In this document: in pieces, positions 1-9,992 of the stretch
Numbering within the stretch: position 1 is the first letter of the stretch
How the letters are laid out: every line of letters starts with the position of its first letter
Source of the DNA: Gammaproteobacteria bacterium
Lineage (GTDB): Bacteria; Pseudomonadota; Gammaproteobacteria; DATFLL01
Length of the DNA stretch: 64,000 nt
Assembly: GCA_035267785.1 (NCBI GenBank)
Contig: DATFLL010000042.1
Location: 12,817 to 76,816 of the forward strand
Reading direction: 5' to 3'
The notes under the pieces: model-generated
Told to the model about the DNA's origin: nothing
Seen by the model: the letters and a program-made list of their open reading frames with translations, nothing else
The model's database searches: none
Program-made: the position numbers and the translations under genes

Positions 1-457
1 GTATGCACACGGCCTTGCCGCCGCGCAGCTCGGACGGGGTGAACTGGCGCCCCGCGGCGAGCTTCCAGTTGCGCACTTGGAAGTACTGGTTGTCGGTCCC
101 GGTCACCACCGTCGACCAGTTCGTGTTGCCGTATACCGCGGTGGTGCTGGCCGAGCCGGCCGGCGCGACCGCGGCCACGCCGCTCACGTCGCTCTGGATG
201 GCCTCGACATCGGCCATGTCGAACGGCGGTGCCGGCGAGCGCTGGCCCGGACCGATGCGCTGGCCCGGCCGGGCAATGATGAGGTTGCTGCCGAGGCTTG
301 CGATCTGCTCGCTCACGCTGGCCGTGGCGCCGCCGCCGATCGTCACCATGGTGATCACCGCGGCGACGCCGATTACGATCCCGAGGATCGTCAGGAACGA
401 TCGCATCAGGTTGCGGCGCATCTCGCGCAGGGCCAGCAGCAGTGCGTTCCACAGCAT
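1..457 (-). CDS. MacB-type ABC transporter permease (FtsX family), 3' end of gene outside window (5' end complete)
   Basis: Reverse-complement translation from an ATG at 457 gives MLWNALLLALREMRRNLMRSFLTILGIVIGVAAVI..., a typical MacB/FtsX N-terminal TM1 followed by the periplasmic domain. The start overlaps the stop of the upstream ATPase gene (TGATG). Confidence 0.8.
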   Translation of the reverse strand, partial: MLWNALLLALREMRRNLMRSFLTILGIVIGVAAVITMVTIGGGATASVSEQIASLGSNLIIARPGQRIGPGQRSPAPPFDMADVEAIQSDVSGVAAVAPAGSASTTAVYGNTNWSTVVTGTDNQYFQVRNWKLAAGRQFTPSELRGGKAVCI

Positions 458-1197
458 CAGACCGACTCCACCGCGACCGCGTCCGGCTCGATGAGACCGT
501 CGCGAAAGTGGACGACCCGGCGCGCGAATGCCGCCATCTCGGACTCGTGCGTGACCATGGCGATGGTGATGCCCTGCTCGCGGTTGAAGCGTGTGAGCAA
601 CTCCATGATCTCCAGGCTGCGGGCGGTGTCCAGATTGCCCGTCGGCTCGTCGGCCAGCAGCACGGCGGGCTCGGTGACGATCGCGCGCGCGATGGCCACG
701 CGCTGCTGCTGTCCCCCGGAGAGCTCGCCCGGCGTATGCCGCTCCCAGCCTTCCAGTCCCACGGCGGCCAGTGCGCGCCGTGCCTGAGCATGGCGTTCGG
801 CCAGCGGCTGGCCGCGGTAGAGCAGCGGCAGCTCGACGTTCTCCAGCGCCGAGGTGCGCGACAGCAGATTGAAGCCCTGAAAGACAAAACCCAGGTAATG
901 ACGGCGCAGCAGGGCGCGTTGGTTGCGCGACAGGGCGCCGACGTCGACACCACGGAACCGGTAGTGCCCGCTCGTGGGCGTATCCAGACATCCGAGGATG
1001 TTCATGCAGGTCGACTTGCCCGAGCCGCTCGGGCCCATCAACGCGACGAATTCGCCGGGCGCCACGCGCAAGTCGATGCCGCGCAGGGCGTGCATCGCGG
1101 CCTGTCCCGCGCCGTAGACCTTGGTCACGCCCTCCAGCTCGATGATCGGTGCATCGGCATCACGCTCGATTTCCGCCCCGGCCATGGCTGCGCTCAC
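457..1197 (-). CDS. macB: MacB-type ABC transporter ATP-binding protein
   Basis: Walker A GPSGSGKST, ABC signature LSGGQQQRVAIARA and Walker B LLADEPTGNLD are all present. It is translationally coupled to the adaptor gene upstream and the permease gene downstream. Confidence 0.9.
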   Translation of the reverse strand: MSAAMAGAEIERDADAPIIELEGVTKVYGAGQAAMHALRGIDLRVAPGEFVALMGPSGSGKSTCMNILGCLDTPTSGHYRFRGVDVGALSRNQRALLRRHYLGFVFQGFNLLSRTSALENVELPLLYRGQPLAERHAQARRALAAVGLEGWERHTPGELSGGQQQRVAIARAIVTEPAVLLADEPTGNLDTARSLEIMELLTRFNREQGITIAMVTHESEMAAFARRVVHFRDGLIEPDAVAVESV

Positions 1198-2471
1198 TTG
1201 GTAATCTTCTGGTAGTCGACGACCACCGGTGTGCCCGGCTTGAGGTTGTCCGAGGTCACGACCGTCATCTTCCCGTCGGTCGCGCCGATGGCCACGCTCG
1301 CCGGCGTCGGTGCCCCGTTTCGCAGTATCCAGATGCGTTTGTGGCCGGACGGCAGCGTCTGCTTGGACGTCGGGTTCTTGGGCTGGGGGGGCCGGTGCGG
1401 GATCAGACGGCTGAACATGCTGCGCCGACCGGAGCGCGCGATAAGCTGCGGCGGCGTAAAGCGCAGCGCCGCATTGGGCACCAGCAGCGCATGGTCGATG
1501 TGCTGCACGGTGATATCCACGGTCGCCGTCATGCCGGGGCGAAGCGTCAAATCCGAGTTGTCGACGCCGAGCACGGTGTCGTAGGTCACGACGCCAGCGA
1601 CGGTCTGGGGGGCGTAACGCACCTGGCGTACCACCGCCTCGTACTGCCGGTTGGGATAGGCGTCGACGGTAAAGGTCGCGTGCTGACCTTCCTTGACCTG
1701 CCCGACGTCGGCCTCGTCGACGGCGACATCGAGCTCCATCTGGGCGAGGTTCTCCGCCAGAACGAACAATACCGGCGTTTGCAGCGATGCGGCCACGGTC
1801 TGGCCGGGCTCGACGTTGCGGTTGAGCACAATGCCGTTGATGGGCGAGTGAATCACGGCCTTGGCGAGCGTGGTTCGATCGGCGTCGACCTGCGCCTGCG
1901 CCTGGCTGACCTGCGCATTGGCGACCTCCAGATCGGCCGTGGCGCGGGCATAGGCGGCCCGGGCGGTGTCGCGATCGTCGGGCGAGGCCATGCCCTTTTT
2001 GATCAGGCTGGTCACGCGGGCCAGCTTGGCGCGTGTTTCCACGACGGTGGCCTTGGCCGACTGCACCCGCGCCTTGGCCAGTTCGAGCGCTGCCTGGGCC
2101 TGGCGGTCCTTCGCCTCGAGCTGATCGGTATCCAGGCGAGCGAGCTCCTGGCCGACCTTGACGTGATCGTTGTAATCGACCGCGACGCTCTTGACCGTTC
2201 CCGATATCTCGGTACCCACGTCAACCTGGTTGACAGGCTGCAGCGTCCCGGTGGCGGTCACCGTGACGGTCAGGGGACCTTCGCTCGCCGGCGCCGTGAG
2301 ATAGCGATAGCCGGTGGTCGGTTCACTGAGCCACCACGTGGCGCCCAATACCGCCAATATCAAAGCGGCCGCAGCCAACAGCCACGGTCCCCAGCGACGC
2401 CCGCGCGCCTCTTGTCCCAGGCCGAGGGTGGCGTTGAGATCGGGATCGCGTTTGGTGGACGGTTCGTTCAT
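1194..2471 (-). CDS. macA: HlyD/MacA-family periplasmic adaptor (membrane fusion protein)
   Basis: N-terminal TM anchor, long coiled-coil region (LEAKDRQAQAALELAKARVQSAKA...) and beta-barrel/MPD domains. It overlaps the ABC ATPase start by 4 nt. Confidence 0.85.
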   Translation of the reverse strand: MNEPSTKRDPDLNATLGLGQEARGRRWGPWLLAAAALILAVLGATWWLSEPTTGYRYLTAPASEGPLTVTVTATGTLQPVNQVDVGTEISGTVKSVAVDYNDHVKVGQELARLDTDQLEAKDRQAQAALELAKARVQSAKATVVETRAKLARVTSLIKKGMASPDDRDTARAAYARATADLEVANAQVSQAQAQVDADRTTLAKAVIHSPINGIVLNRNVEPGQTVAASLQTPVLFVLAENLAQMELDVAVDEADVGQVKEGQHATFTVDAYPNRQYEAVVRQVRYAPQTVAGVVTYDTVLGVDNSDLTLRPGMTATVDITVQHIDHALLVPNAALRFTPPQLIARSGRRSMFSRLIPHRPPQPKNPTSKQTLPSGHKRIWILRNGAPTPASVAIGATDGKMTVVTSDNLKPGTPVVVDYQKITK

Positions 2472-2660
2472 GATATCGGCTCGGGCTGGAGGGGAACGGG
2501 CTGGCTCGGTTTCATTGTGCTACCGCAGGTGTTTGCAGTATAGAGTAGCTGGGGCGCCGCGCCGCGCGTCCTTACCATTTGTTACAAAAACGCGCACAGC
2601 GGGGGGGGGCCATGTCGGAATGCCCTAATAATAAGGTGTACGGCTGCGCCTCCAGACGCA

Positions 2661-3887
2661 ATGAGCGCCCGCATGGCCGCCGCCGGAACTGACAAGATCG
2701 CCGCCGGCAGTGCGATTGCGATCATCGTGCTGGCCGAGCTGCTCGGCGCCTCGCTGTGGTTCAGCGCCAACGCGATCCTAGAGACGCTCTCGCGGCTGTG
2801 GTCCCTGACCGCAAGCGACCTGGGATATCTGACCATGGCGGTGCAGCTCGGTTTCATCACCGGAACCCTGGCGCTGTCGTTCACGGGCCTGGCGGACCGC
2901 TTCCGGGCCAGCCGCATCTTTCTGGCGAGCGCCTTGTTCGGCGCCGCGGCCAACGCGGCGTTGACGCTGGCCGGCGGGTTGGGCACGGCGCTGGTGTTTC
3001 GCTTTTTCACCGGGCTGGCGCTGGCCGGGATCTATCCGCTCGGTATGAAGCTCGTGGTGAGCTGGGCCCCCAGGCGCGCGGGCGAAATGCTCGGTTGGCT
3101 GGTCGGCACGCTCGTGCTCGGCACCGCGCTGCCGCATCTGGTTCGGGGCGTGGGCACCGAGTTGCACTGGCAATCGGTGATTCTGATCTCCTCGGCCCTG
3201 GCGTTGACCGGCGGCCTTCTGGTGGGCCGGTTGGGCGACGGCCCGCACCTGCCGCCGCCGCGGCCGATGCACCTCGGCGCCTTCGCCCAGGCCTTTCGCA
3301 TCCGGGGCTTTCGGGCAGCGGCCTTCGGCTACTTCGGGCACATGTGGGAGCTGTATGCCTTTTATACGGTGGTGCCGCTGTTGATCGCAGTCCTGGCTGC
3401 CCGCGCGCACTGGCTGGACAAGGGCGGACTGTCGCTGCTCGCCTTCGCCGTCATCGGTATCGGTGGGTTGGGCTGCGTCGGTGGCGGCTGGCTCAGTCGG
3501 CACGTGGGCAGCGCGCGCGTCGCCGCCGCGGCGCTGGCCACCTCGGGCGCCCTGTGCCTGCTCTATCCGTTGGCGCAGGACCATTGGTTGCTTCCGGTGC
3601 CGGTGCTGTTGGCGGCGCTGCTGCTGTGGGGTTTGACCGTGGTGGCCGACTCGCCGCAGTTCTCGGCCCTGTCCGCCCGCGCCTGTCCGCCCGAGCTGGT
3701 CGGCACCTCGCTGACGATCCAAAACAGCATCGGCTTTCTCATCAGTGTCTTTTCGATCAACCTTGCCACGGCGCACTTCGAATCGCTGGACGCCCGGGTT
3801 GCCTGGCTGCTGCTGCCGGGTCCCGTACTGGGGCTCATCGGGCTCTCGCCCCTGCTGCGCCGCACACAGCCAACCGCCGGCGACTGA
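2661..3887 (+). CDS. MFS transporter
   Basis: 408-aa ORF with about 12 predicted TM helices and MFS-like loop motifs. Exact start uncertain. Confidence 0.7.
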   Translation: MSARMAAAGTDKIAAGSAIAIIVLAELLGASLWFSANAILETLSRLWSLTASDLGYLTMAVQLGFITGTLALSFTGLADRFRASRIFLASALFGAAANAALTLAGGLGTALVFRFFTGLALAGIYPLGMKLVVSWAPRRAGEMLGWLVGTLVLGTALPHLVRGVGTELHWQSVILISSALALTGGLLVGRLGDGPHLPPPRPMHLGAFAQAFRIRGFRAAAFGYFGHMWELYAFYTVVPLLIAVLAARAHWLDKGGLSLLAFAVIGIGGLGCVGGGWLSRHVGSARVAAAALATSGALCLLYPLAQDHWLLPVPVLLAALLLWGLTVVADSPQFSALSARACPPELVGTSLTIQNSIGFLISVFSINLATAHFESLDARVAWLLLPGPVLGLIGLSPLLRRTQPTAGD

Positions 3888-4014
3888 CCGAGGGGGGGCA
3901 GCGCCAGACCATTGACCTGGCGCAGGATCGGCCGGCACCCGTTGCGGTTCAATGATGGCGCAGGCGGGCCCCCCCGCCCGCCGAATCCGACTCACGATTG
4001 CGGAGCCAAGCCTC

Positions 4015-4239
4015 ATGGACACTCGACTGATGGTTCTTCCCGCCCACGACTACGACAAAGTCCGCCTCGTGCGCATCCCTGAGGATTACGAAGAGCACGA
4101 GGTGTTCCGTCACGTCACGGGCATCATCGCGCGCGTCGAGGAGGACAACCCCGACTACGCCTGGGAGGACGTGGCCGCCGCCCTGGAAGACCACGGCTTC
4201 GAGCTGGTGGACTTTCTGCTCGGGCCGGCACTGGACTGA
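4015..4239 (+). CDS. small acidic hypothetical protein (about 74 aa)
   Basis: ATG at 4015 preceded by GGAG. Coding-like composition. Followed by a stem-loop with a T-tract. Confidence 0.35.
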   Translation: MDTRLMVLPAHDYDKVRLVRIPEDYEEHEVFRHVTGIIARVEEDNPDYAWEDVAAALEDHGFELVDFLLGPALD

Positions 4240-4282
4240 ACGGCTCGCCCTCCGCGACCGGGGCGCGTTTTGCGTGCAGCGC

Positions 4283-4308
4283 AAAGCCGGTCTAAAATGC
4301 CGGCTTTT
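4283..4308 (+). terminator. intrinsic terminator-like hairpin (AAAGCCGG-loop-CCGGCTTT) then TTTTGCG
   Basis: Perfect 8-bp stem, 9-nt loop and a T-run, lying between the small ORF and the purT start. Confidence 0.45.
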
Positions 4309-4325
4309 GCGAACAGGACAAAGGC

Positions 4326-5530
4326 ATGACACGCATCGGCACTCCCCTCTCGCCCTCGGCCACCCGCGTCATGCTGCTCGGCAGCGGCGAGCTGGGTAAG
4401 GAAGTCATCATTGCCCTGCAGCGCCTCGGCGTGGAAGTCGTCGCTGTCGATCGCTATCCCAACGCGCCGGCCATCAGGTCGCCCACCGAGCGCACGTCAT
4501 CGACATGACGGACGGCGCAGCGCTGCGGGCCCTGGTCGAACAGGAACGACCCCAGCTCATCGTGCCGGAGATCGAGGCGCTGGCCACCGACGAGCTCGCC
4601 CGCATCGAGGCCGACGGCCTGGCCGAGGTAATCCCCGTGGCGCGTGCCGCGCAGCTCACCATGAACCGCGAGGGCATTCGCCGCCTCGCCGCCGAGGAGC
4701 TCGGTGTGCCCACCTCGCGCTACGCCTTTGCCGAATCGCTGACCGAGCTCCAGTCCGCCATCGACGGCGGCATCGGCTATCCCTGTATCGTCAAACCGAT
4801 CATGTCCTCCTCGGGCAAGGGCCAGTCGACCATACACGGTCCCGACGACGTCAAGGCGGCCTGGGACTATGCGAAGAGCGGCACACGCGTCGATCGCGGC
4901 CGGATCATCGTCGAACAGATGATTCAGTTCGATTACGAGATCACCCTGCTCACGGTGCGGGCCGTCGCCGACGGCGGCGAGGTGGGCACCTACTTCTGCG
5001 AGCCGATCGGCCACCGCCAGGAAAAGGGCGACTACGTGGAGAGCTGGCAGCCCCAGCCCATGAGTCCCACGGCCCTGCAGCGCTCGCAGGAGATCGCCGC
5101 GGCCGTCACCGCCAACCTCGGCGGACGCGGTATCTTCGGCGTTGAGTTGTTCGTCAAGGGCGACGAGGTCTGGTTCAGCGAGGTCAGCCCCCGCCCGCAC
5201 GACACGGGCATGGTCACCATGGCCTCACAGTGGCAGAACGAGTTCGAGCTGCACGCGCGAGCCATTCTGGGGTTGCCCGTGTCGACCGAACTGCGCAATG
5301 CCGGAGCCAGCTCCGTGATCTACGGCGGGGTCGATGCCGAAGGCATCGTCTTCGACGCCGTGGACATCGCCCTGCGGGTGCCGCGCACCGACCTGCGCCT
5401 GTTCGGCAAGCCCGAGTCCTTCACCCGCCGGCGCATGGGTGTGGCCCTGGCCTACGGCGAAGACGTCGGGGACTGCCGTGAGCGCGCCCGACAGAGCGCG
5501 GCGGCTGTCACGCCCGGTTCGGATCGCTGA
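4326..5530 (+). CDS. purT: phosphoribosylglycinamide formyltransferase 2 (PurT), reading frame interrupted by an apparent 1-nt deletion near 4472-4475
   Basis: ORFs 4326..4508 and 4505..5530 together match PurT end to end: [11 protein letters not shown] near the N-terminus, the ATP-grasp core, and [12 protein letters not shown]. Inserting one G after GCCAT at about 4473 restores the conserved [13 protein letters not shown] segment. Confidence 0.85.
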
Positions 5531-5554
5531 CGCCGCCGCCCCTGCATCCGGCAT

Positions 5555-6502
5555 CTACAGTCGGGTACTGATTCCAACGGCCAGGGCGCCATCGGCGGTG
5601 AGCTGCACGCCGTTGACGTGCTCGTAGATGGGAATCTGCACGAAGCCATAGATCTGGGTTGTTCGGGTCAAGGCATACGCCAGACCCGGACTCAGAGAAA
5701 CCAGCGTCTTTCCACTGTCCTGCGGCTCGGCCGCCGCGCCGCTATCGCGTCCCTTGACCTGCGTATTCAACTGCAGGACAGCTCCCAACTTTCGCCCCAG
5801 ATCATAGCGCAGCCCCAGATCGAACGAGAGACGGTAGCCGGGCTTGAAGTCATCGCGCTCGGCGAGCGGCAGCTGATACAGCCCCTGCAGGAACCAGCTC
5901 GACAAGTCCGCAAGCCGGTCGCGGTGGTAATACGCACCAATGGCCAGATCGGTAGTGCCGGTCCCCGGCTGCAGCGTGCGCTCGGCCAGCTCGCCGTCCG
6001 CATTGGTTACATGGTAGCGGCCCGTCGGCAGCTTGAGCCCGAACTGCACGCCGGCGGTACCGTTACCCTCGACGCCTCGTTGGTATCGCCCCAATACTCG
6101 AACGTCGCCGAGCTCGGTGAAGTCCCAGGTCTCGGAAACGGCGGTACCCGACTCATGGTGAATATGTTCATGATGTCGATCGACTACGGGCACTGACACG
6201 TTCAGACCCCAGTCCTGCGATATCGTATAGTCGAAGGTGGCAAGCCAGTTGCGGTTGACCGTGCGAACCTCGTCGTGGTCGCGTGCGACCTCGCCGACGC
6301 CGAGGTCGGTGGTGCCCGAACGCGGCTGGTCCTGGTCGATGTATTCGGCGCGCAGATCGAGGCGCAGACCAGGCTCGGTCCACACGCCCTGAGTGCCCCA
6401 GTTGGTATTGACCGAACAGAACGTCGAGCCGCAACTGGCCTGTACCTGCGCGGCCCAGGCGGCCGACGCGAAGGCGGCTATAATCAGTGAACGTACTTTC
6501 AC
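5555..6502 (-). CDS. outer-membrane beta-barrel protein with a His-rich motif (HHEHIHHE); possibly MetA-pathway/transporter-like OMP family
   Basis: Signal peptide (MKVRSLIIAAFASAAWAAQVQA), alternating amphipathic beta-strand pattern, aromatic-rich C-terminus. Lies immediately downstream of nirK on the same strand. Confidence 0.55.
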   Translation of the reverse strand: MKVRSLIIAAFASAAWAAQVQASCGSTFCSVNTNWGTQGVWTEPGLRLDLRAEYIDQDQPRSGTTDLGVGEVARDHDEVRTVNRNWLATFDYTISQDWGLNVSVPVVDRHHEHIHHESGTAVSETWDFTELGDVRVLGRYQRGVEGNGTAGVQFGLKLPTGRYHVTNADGELAERTLQPGTGTTDLAIGAYYHRDRLADLSSWFLQGLYQLPLAERDDFKPGYRLSFDLGLRYDLGRKLGAVLQLNTQVKGRDSGAAAEPQDSGKTLVSLSPGLAYALTRTTQIYGFVQIPIYEHVNGVQLTADGALAVGISTRL

Positions 6503-6666
6503 GGTGCGGAAACTCCTTCAACGCACGAGCCGGTCGGACGCTCTCACGAGAGCGCTGACGGGATCGTGTTCGACTGAATGGCTGCGACCGGCGCGCATGC
6601 GAATGCGGCAGGCCACAATGGAGGGAGGGGGCGCGCGTCCTCCGGACGCCGCCCCCGGGTTTGCGT

Positions 6667-7602
6667 TCAGCGCACGAGGATCTGGTCGCCGTGGCCCATC
6701 TTCGGATCGGCGTCCTTGCTGAACATGATCACCGCGATGGCACCGGTCAGGGCCTGCTTCAGAGAATGGCTGACGATGGCGTTCGCGCCTTCCTTCGGCG
6801 AGATCAGATCGAAGATCGCCGCATCGCCCGGACCGACGACATAGCTCTGCATGCCGCGGAAGACGTTGTGCGGATTGCCGCTCGGATAGACCCGGTCCCA
6901 GATGCCGGCGATCGGATGGAAGGACGAGAACTCGTTCGGACCCGCATTGACGAAATAGATGCGTACGCGCTCACCCGGCTTGGCCTGCAGCCAGGTCTTG
7001 GCATTCGGATCGTGAACCGGGTCGTAGCGGAACAGTCGGCCATTGAACACGACGTATTTCCACTTGTTGGCCATCATCTCATTCTTGTCGTCGGGATGCG
7101 GGTAGATCTCCGATTGGATAAGCACGTACTCGCGATCGGCCTTGGGCATGGCCTTGGGATCCTTCGGGTCAACGATGATGACGCCGAACATACCGCGGGC
7201 GATGTGCTGGATCATCGGGTCGGCCCCGCAGTGGTAATAGAACACGCCCGGCTTCGTCGCCACGAAATCGAAGGTTTTCTGATGCCCCGGCTTGATAGGA
7301 CTGAACTCATCCACGACGCTCACGCGTGCGGCATGGAAATCGATGGAGTGCGAGTTCTTGTTGTGCTTATCGTTGATCAGGGTAAAGTGAACGGTATCGC
7401 CCTGTGTGACACGCACCACCGGTCCGGGCACCTCGCCGTCGAAGGTCCAGGTGGCGTACATGGTGCCCTTGTTGTCGATCGGCTGGTCCGTTTCCTTGGC
7501 GTGCAGCGTCACGTTGACAGTCTTGGCCGCGGCGGCCCCGCTCGCGACCAGTGCCGCCGCGAGTACGGCGGCCGTTCCCCAAAACAGCTTTCTTGTATTC
7601 AT
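6667..7602 (-). CDS. nirK: copper-containing nitrite reductase (NirK family)
   Basis: Type-2 Cu motif HSIDFHAA, type-1 Cu site YYHC...H...GMFG, and a two-cupredoxin-domain size of about 311 aa. Signal peptide after MNTRK, with RBS AGGAGA upstream of the ATG at 7602. Confidence 0.85.
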   Translation of the reverse strand: MNTRKLFWGTAAVLAAALVASGAAAAKTVNVTLHAKETDQPIDNKGTMYATWTFDGEVPGPVVRVTQGDTVHFTLINDKHNKNSHSIDFHAARVSVVDEFSPIKPGHQKTFDFVATKPGVFYYHCGADPMIQHIARGMFGVIIVDPKDPKAMPKADREYVLIQSEIYPHPDDKNEMMANKWKYVVFNGRLFRYDPVHDPNAKTWLQAKPGERVRIYFVNAGPNEFSSFHPIAGIWDRVYPSGNPHNVFRGMQSYVVGPGDAAIFDLISPKEGANAIVSHSLKQALTGAIAVIMFSKDADPKMGHGDQILVR

Positions 7603-7621
7603 GCGTTGTTTCTCCTGGTGT

Positions 7622-8011
7622 TTACTTGGAATATCCGGGCCCGCACTTGCACACAACGCGCAGGTAGCTGACCAGTTCGTGAATCTGCTTGTCGCTCAGC
7701 ACCCCCTTCCAGCTCGGCATCAAAACCGATTTATCTACGGCCAGGCCGCCCTCGCGGATGGCCGTATACAGCTCCTTGTTCGGGATATCCGTCATCCCCT
7801 TTGCGTCCGAATGGTCGCGCGGCTGAACGGACATATGAGCGGCGTTGATGCCCTTGCCGTTTCGTTTGACCCCGTGACACTGAACGCAATAGGTGTCGTA
7901 GAGACGCTTGGCCTCTGCTTGATCGCCGGCCGCGTGCGCGTCAGTGGCGGATACGGTGCAGGCCAGTAACAGCGCAGTCGCCCCGAGGGCGTGGCGTAGT
8001 TGTCGATACAT
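7622..8011 (-). CDS. mono-haem cytochrome c (class I), NcgC-like
   Basis: Signal peptide and a single CVQCHG haem-binding motif, with a distal Met-rich region. Lies directly upstream of nirK. Confidence 0.8.
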   Translation of the reverse strand: MYRQLRHALGATALLLACTVSATDAHAAGDQAEAKRLYDTYCVQCHGVKRNGKGINAAHMSVQPRDHSDAKGMTDIPNKELYTAIREGGLAVDKSVLMPSWKGVLSDKQIHELVSYLRVVCKCGPGYSK

Positions 8012-8014
8012 CGT

Positions 8015-8701
8015 CTATTCCTCCTTGCCGTCGAGTGACATCAGGTAACCGGTTAATCGACCGAGATCTCGCGACGAGAGCTCGAGCCGCGGCATCCAGA
8101 CGTGCGGGTCGAACGCCTGTGGGTTCTTGGTGTAGCTGTAGATGTAATCCGGCTGGAGCCGCGCACCCGCGTCGTAGAGTTCCGGCCCGGACACGCCCCC
8201 TTCCCCGCGCGCACTCTGGTGGCAGGCCGCGCAACCACGCAGCTTGACAAAGAACAGCTTGCCGATGCGCCCGCCGGACGCCGATTTGGGTGCCGCGCCT
8301 GTCTCGATGTGGTCCTTCGCACCATGCAGCGTCATCAGGGTGTCGGCGACGGCCCTGGCCTGGGCCCCCGACAGAGGCATGTGCCGGGCCGGCTTCTTGG
8401 CGATAGTGTCGTCCTTAACGCCGGCGGCAACGGCCTTGCGGTAGAACACGCCTGCCGGTCGAATGACCGTCGGGTGCTGCAGCCAGCGCACCAGCCATTC
8501 GCGGCGAAACTTGTCACCGGCGTAGTAAAGGTCGGGTCCCTTTCGCTGCCAGATGTGGTCCAGTCCCTGCGCGGACGGCTTCTTGACGGCGTGACACGCA
8601 ATACACTGTGCATTGATGGTCTTCCAACCGTCCGCCGCGGATGCAGCCCCACTCGCCGCCAGCATGAGGGCGAGCCCGAGCAGTGATAGTCTTGTCTTCA
8701 T
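8015..8701 (-). CDS. di-haem cytochrome c, NcgB-like
   Basis: Signal peptide plus two CxxCH motifs (CIACH and CAACH). Confidence 0.8.
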   Translation of the reverse strand: MKTRLSLLGLALMLAASGAASAADGWKTINAQCIACHAVKKPSAQGLDHIWQRKGPDLYYAGDKFRREWLVRWLQHPTVIRPAGVFYRKAVAAGVKDDTIAKKPARHMPLSGAQARAVADTLMTLHGAKDHIETGAAPKSASGGRIGKLFFVKLRGCAACHQSARGEGGVSGPELYDAGARLQPDYIYSYTKNPQAFDPHVWMPRLELSSRDLGRLTGYLMSLDGKEE

Positions 8702-8722
8702 GTTCGCTCTCTCCTGTCTTGG

Positions 8723-9759
8723 CTATTTGATGGGGACGCCCTTGAACAGCTTGTTGTCGAAGATGCCGTAACCCTTTTTCAGGGATTCTTCATAGAAGAA
8801 GTTCGGCTCGTATTTTTTGTCTTTCCAGACATACCACTTGTCATTGCGGGGTACGCCCTCGTATTCGACGATGGTGATCATGCCGCCCATGGATTTGTCT
8901 CCGTTCATCGTGTGCGAGTCGACATGGTCATGAATGATCCACCGGCCGGGGTTGTTCGCTTCGAACAGGATGTCGTATCGCTCACCCGGACCGAGCAGGA
9001 TCGTGTCGGCCTTGTAGGGATTGGGCAGGGGATGACCGTCCTTGAAGGCGACAGTGAACACGTGCCCGTGGAGGTGAATGGAATGCACCAGATCGCCGGC
9101 ACCGATGAGGCGCAGACGGACGAAATCGCCCTTCTTGACCCGAATGGGCTGGTCCTCGGGAAACGCCTTGCCGTTGATGGTGAAGTAGTCGTAGACGTCT
9201 CCCGGCACGCCGCCGTAGCCGGGCTTCTGGGCCCACTTCGAGTCCCAGTCGTTGAACATGAGCACGAAGTCCTTGGTGACCTTCTTCTCCAGGGCCGTCG
9301 GTTCCTTGGGGTCGATGATCAGCGGACCCCACATGCCGCGCAGCACCACATGCTCGTTGACGTTGACGTGGCAGTGGTACCACATGGTGCCGGCCGGTGC
9401 GGCCACGAACTTATACGTGTAGGTGTCACCGGGCTCGATCGCCGCCTGGGTGACCTTGGGCACACCGTCGTTCTTCCAGGTATTCGTCTGGAACAGGCCG
9501 TGCCAATGAATGGTGTGGGTCAGGGTGGTCAGGTTCGTCACGTGCACGGTGACTTTATCGCCCTCCTTGACATGGATGAGCGGCCCCGGGACCTGCCCGT
9601 TATAGGCGAAGGTGTGAAACTTGATGTTCCCGACCAGCGTGGCGTTGGTGTCTTCGATGGTCATGTCGAACTCGCGGTCCTGGGCACGTGCGCCCAACGA
9701 GTACGCAGACGCCCCCAAGCCGAGCAGCAGTAGCAGTGCCGTTGCATTTATCTTCTTCA
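8723..9759 (-). CDS. two-domain multicopper oxidase, NcgA-like
   Basis: Copper-ligand motifs HWHG, WYHCH, HLHGH and HDHVDSH. Signal peptide MKKINATALLLLLGLGASA. ATG at 9759 with a GGGAG RBS. Confidence 0.85.
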
Positions 9760-9789
9760 TCTCGGGCTCCCGTCTGTTAAGGATGTGTA

Positions 9790-9812
9790 AACATGTATCT
9801 GGTGTACATCTT
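9790..9812. promoter_or_regulatory. NsrR/Rrf2-type operator-like 11-1-11 inverted repeat (AACATGTATCT-G-GTGTACATCTT) in the promoter region of the MCO/cyt c/nirK cluster
   Basis: Imperfect inverted repeat resembling the enterobacterial NsrR box AAGATGCATTT-N-AAATGCATCTT, about 30-50 nt upstream of the cluster start codon. Confidence 0.4.
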
Positions 9813-9992
9813 ATAGACCGGCGGAAGGCCTTGCGCAACCATTTGTTTTTGATGGATATTTGCCCTTGCTAATATTAGGGTCTTCTAACCCATGTTATTT
9901 CAGGAAAAGCGGGACCAATTTGAATGCGCCAGGCGGGAGTGCGGGAAGATCTAAACAGCGACAGCGAAAGGAAGGGGGCGGATAAACAGAAC

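Noticed and set aside
457-1197. split MacB (separate ATPase and permease genes) as a novelty
   Set aside because: A separate ABC ATPase and FtsX permease (DevA/DevC or LolD/LolC style) is common outside Enterobacteria and is not unusual.
1149-2543. 464-aa + strand ORF
   Set aside because: Lies entirely antisense to the clearly homologous macA gene. High-GC antisense frames commonly stay open and it has no motifs.
2778-4022. 414-aa minus-strand ORF and 399-aa + strand ORF (2756..3955) overlapping the MFS gene
   Set aside because: Arg/Gly/Pro-rich low-complexity translations typical of off-frame high-GC sequence. The MFS frame shows proper TM periodicity.
4266-4290. possible PurR box upstream of purT (GCGTTTTGCG...CGCAAAGC)
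   Set aside because: Does not match the ACGCAAACGTTTGCGT consensus. The inverted repeat is better explained as part of the terminator-like hairpin, and PurR-type regulation is restricted to a few lineages.
6626-6660. GC hairpin (GGGGGCG...CGCCCCC) after nirK as a terminator
   Set aside because: No U-tract on the minus (nirK) strand. The downstream OMP gene is probably co-transcribed. Structure noted only.
8912-9733. 273-aa + strand ORF
   Set aside because: Antisense to the multicopper oxidase, whose copper-ligand motifs are unambiguous.
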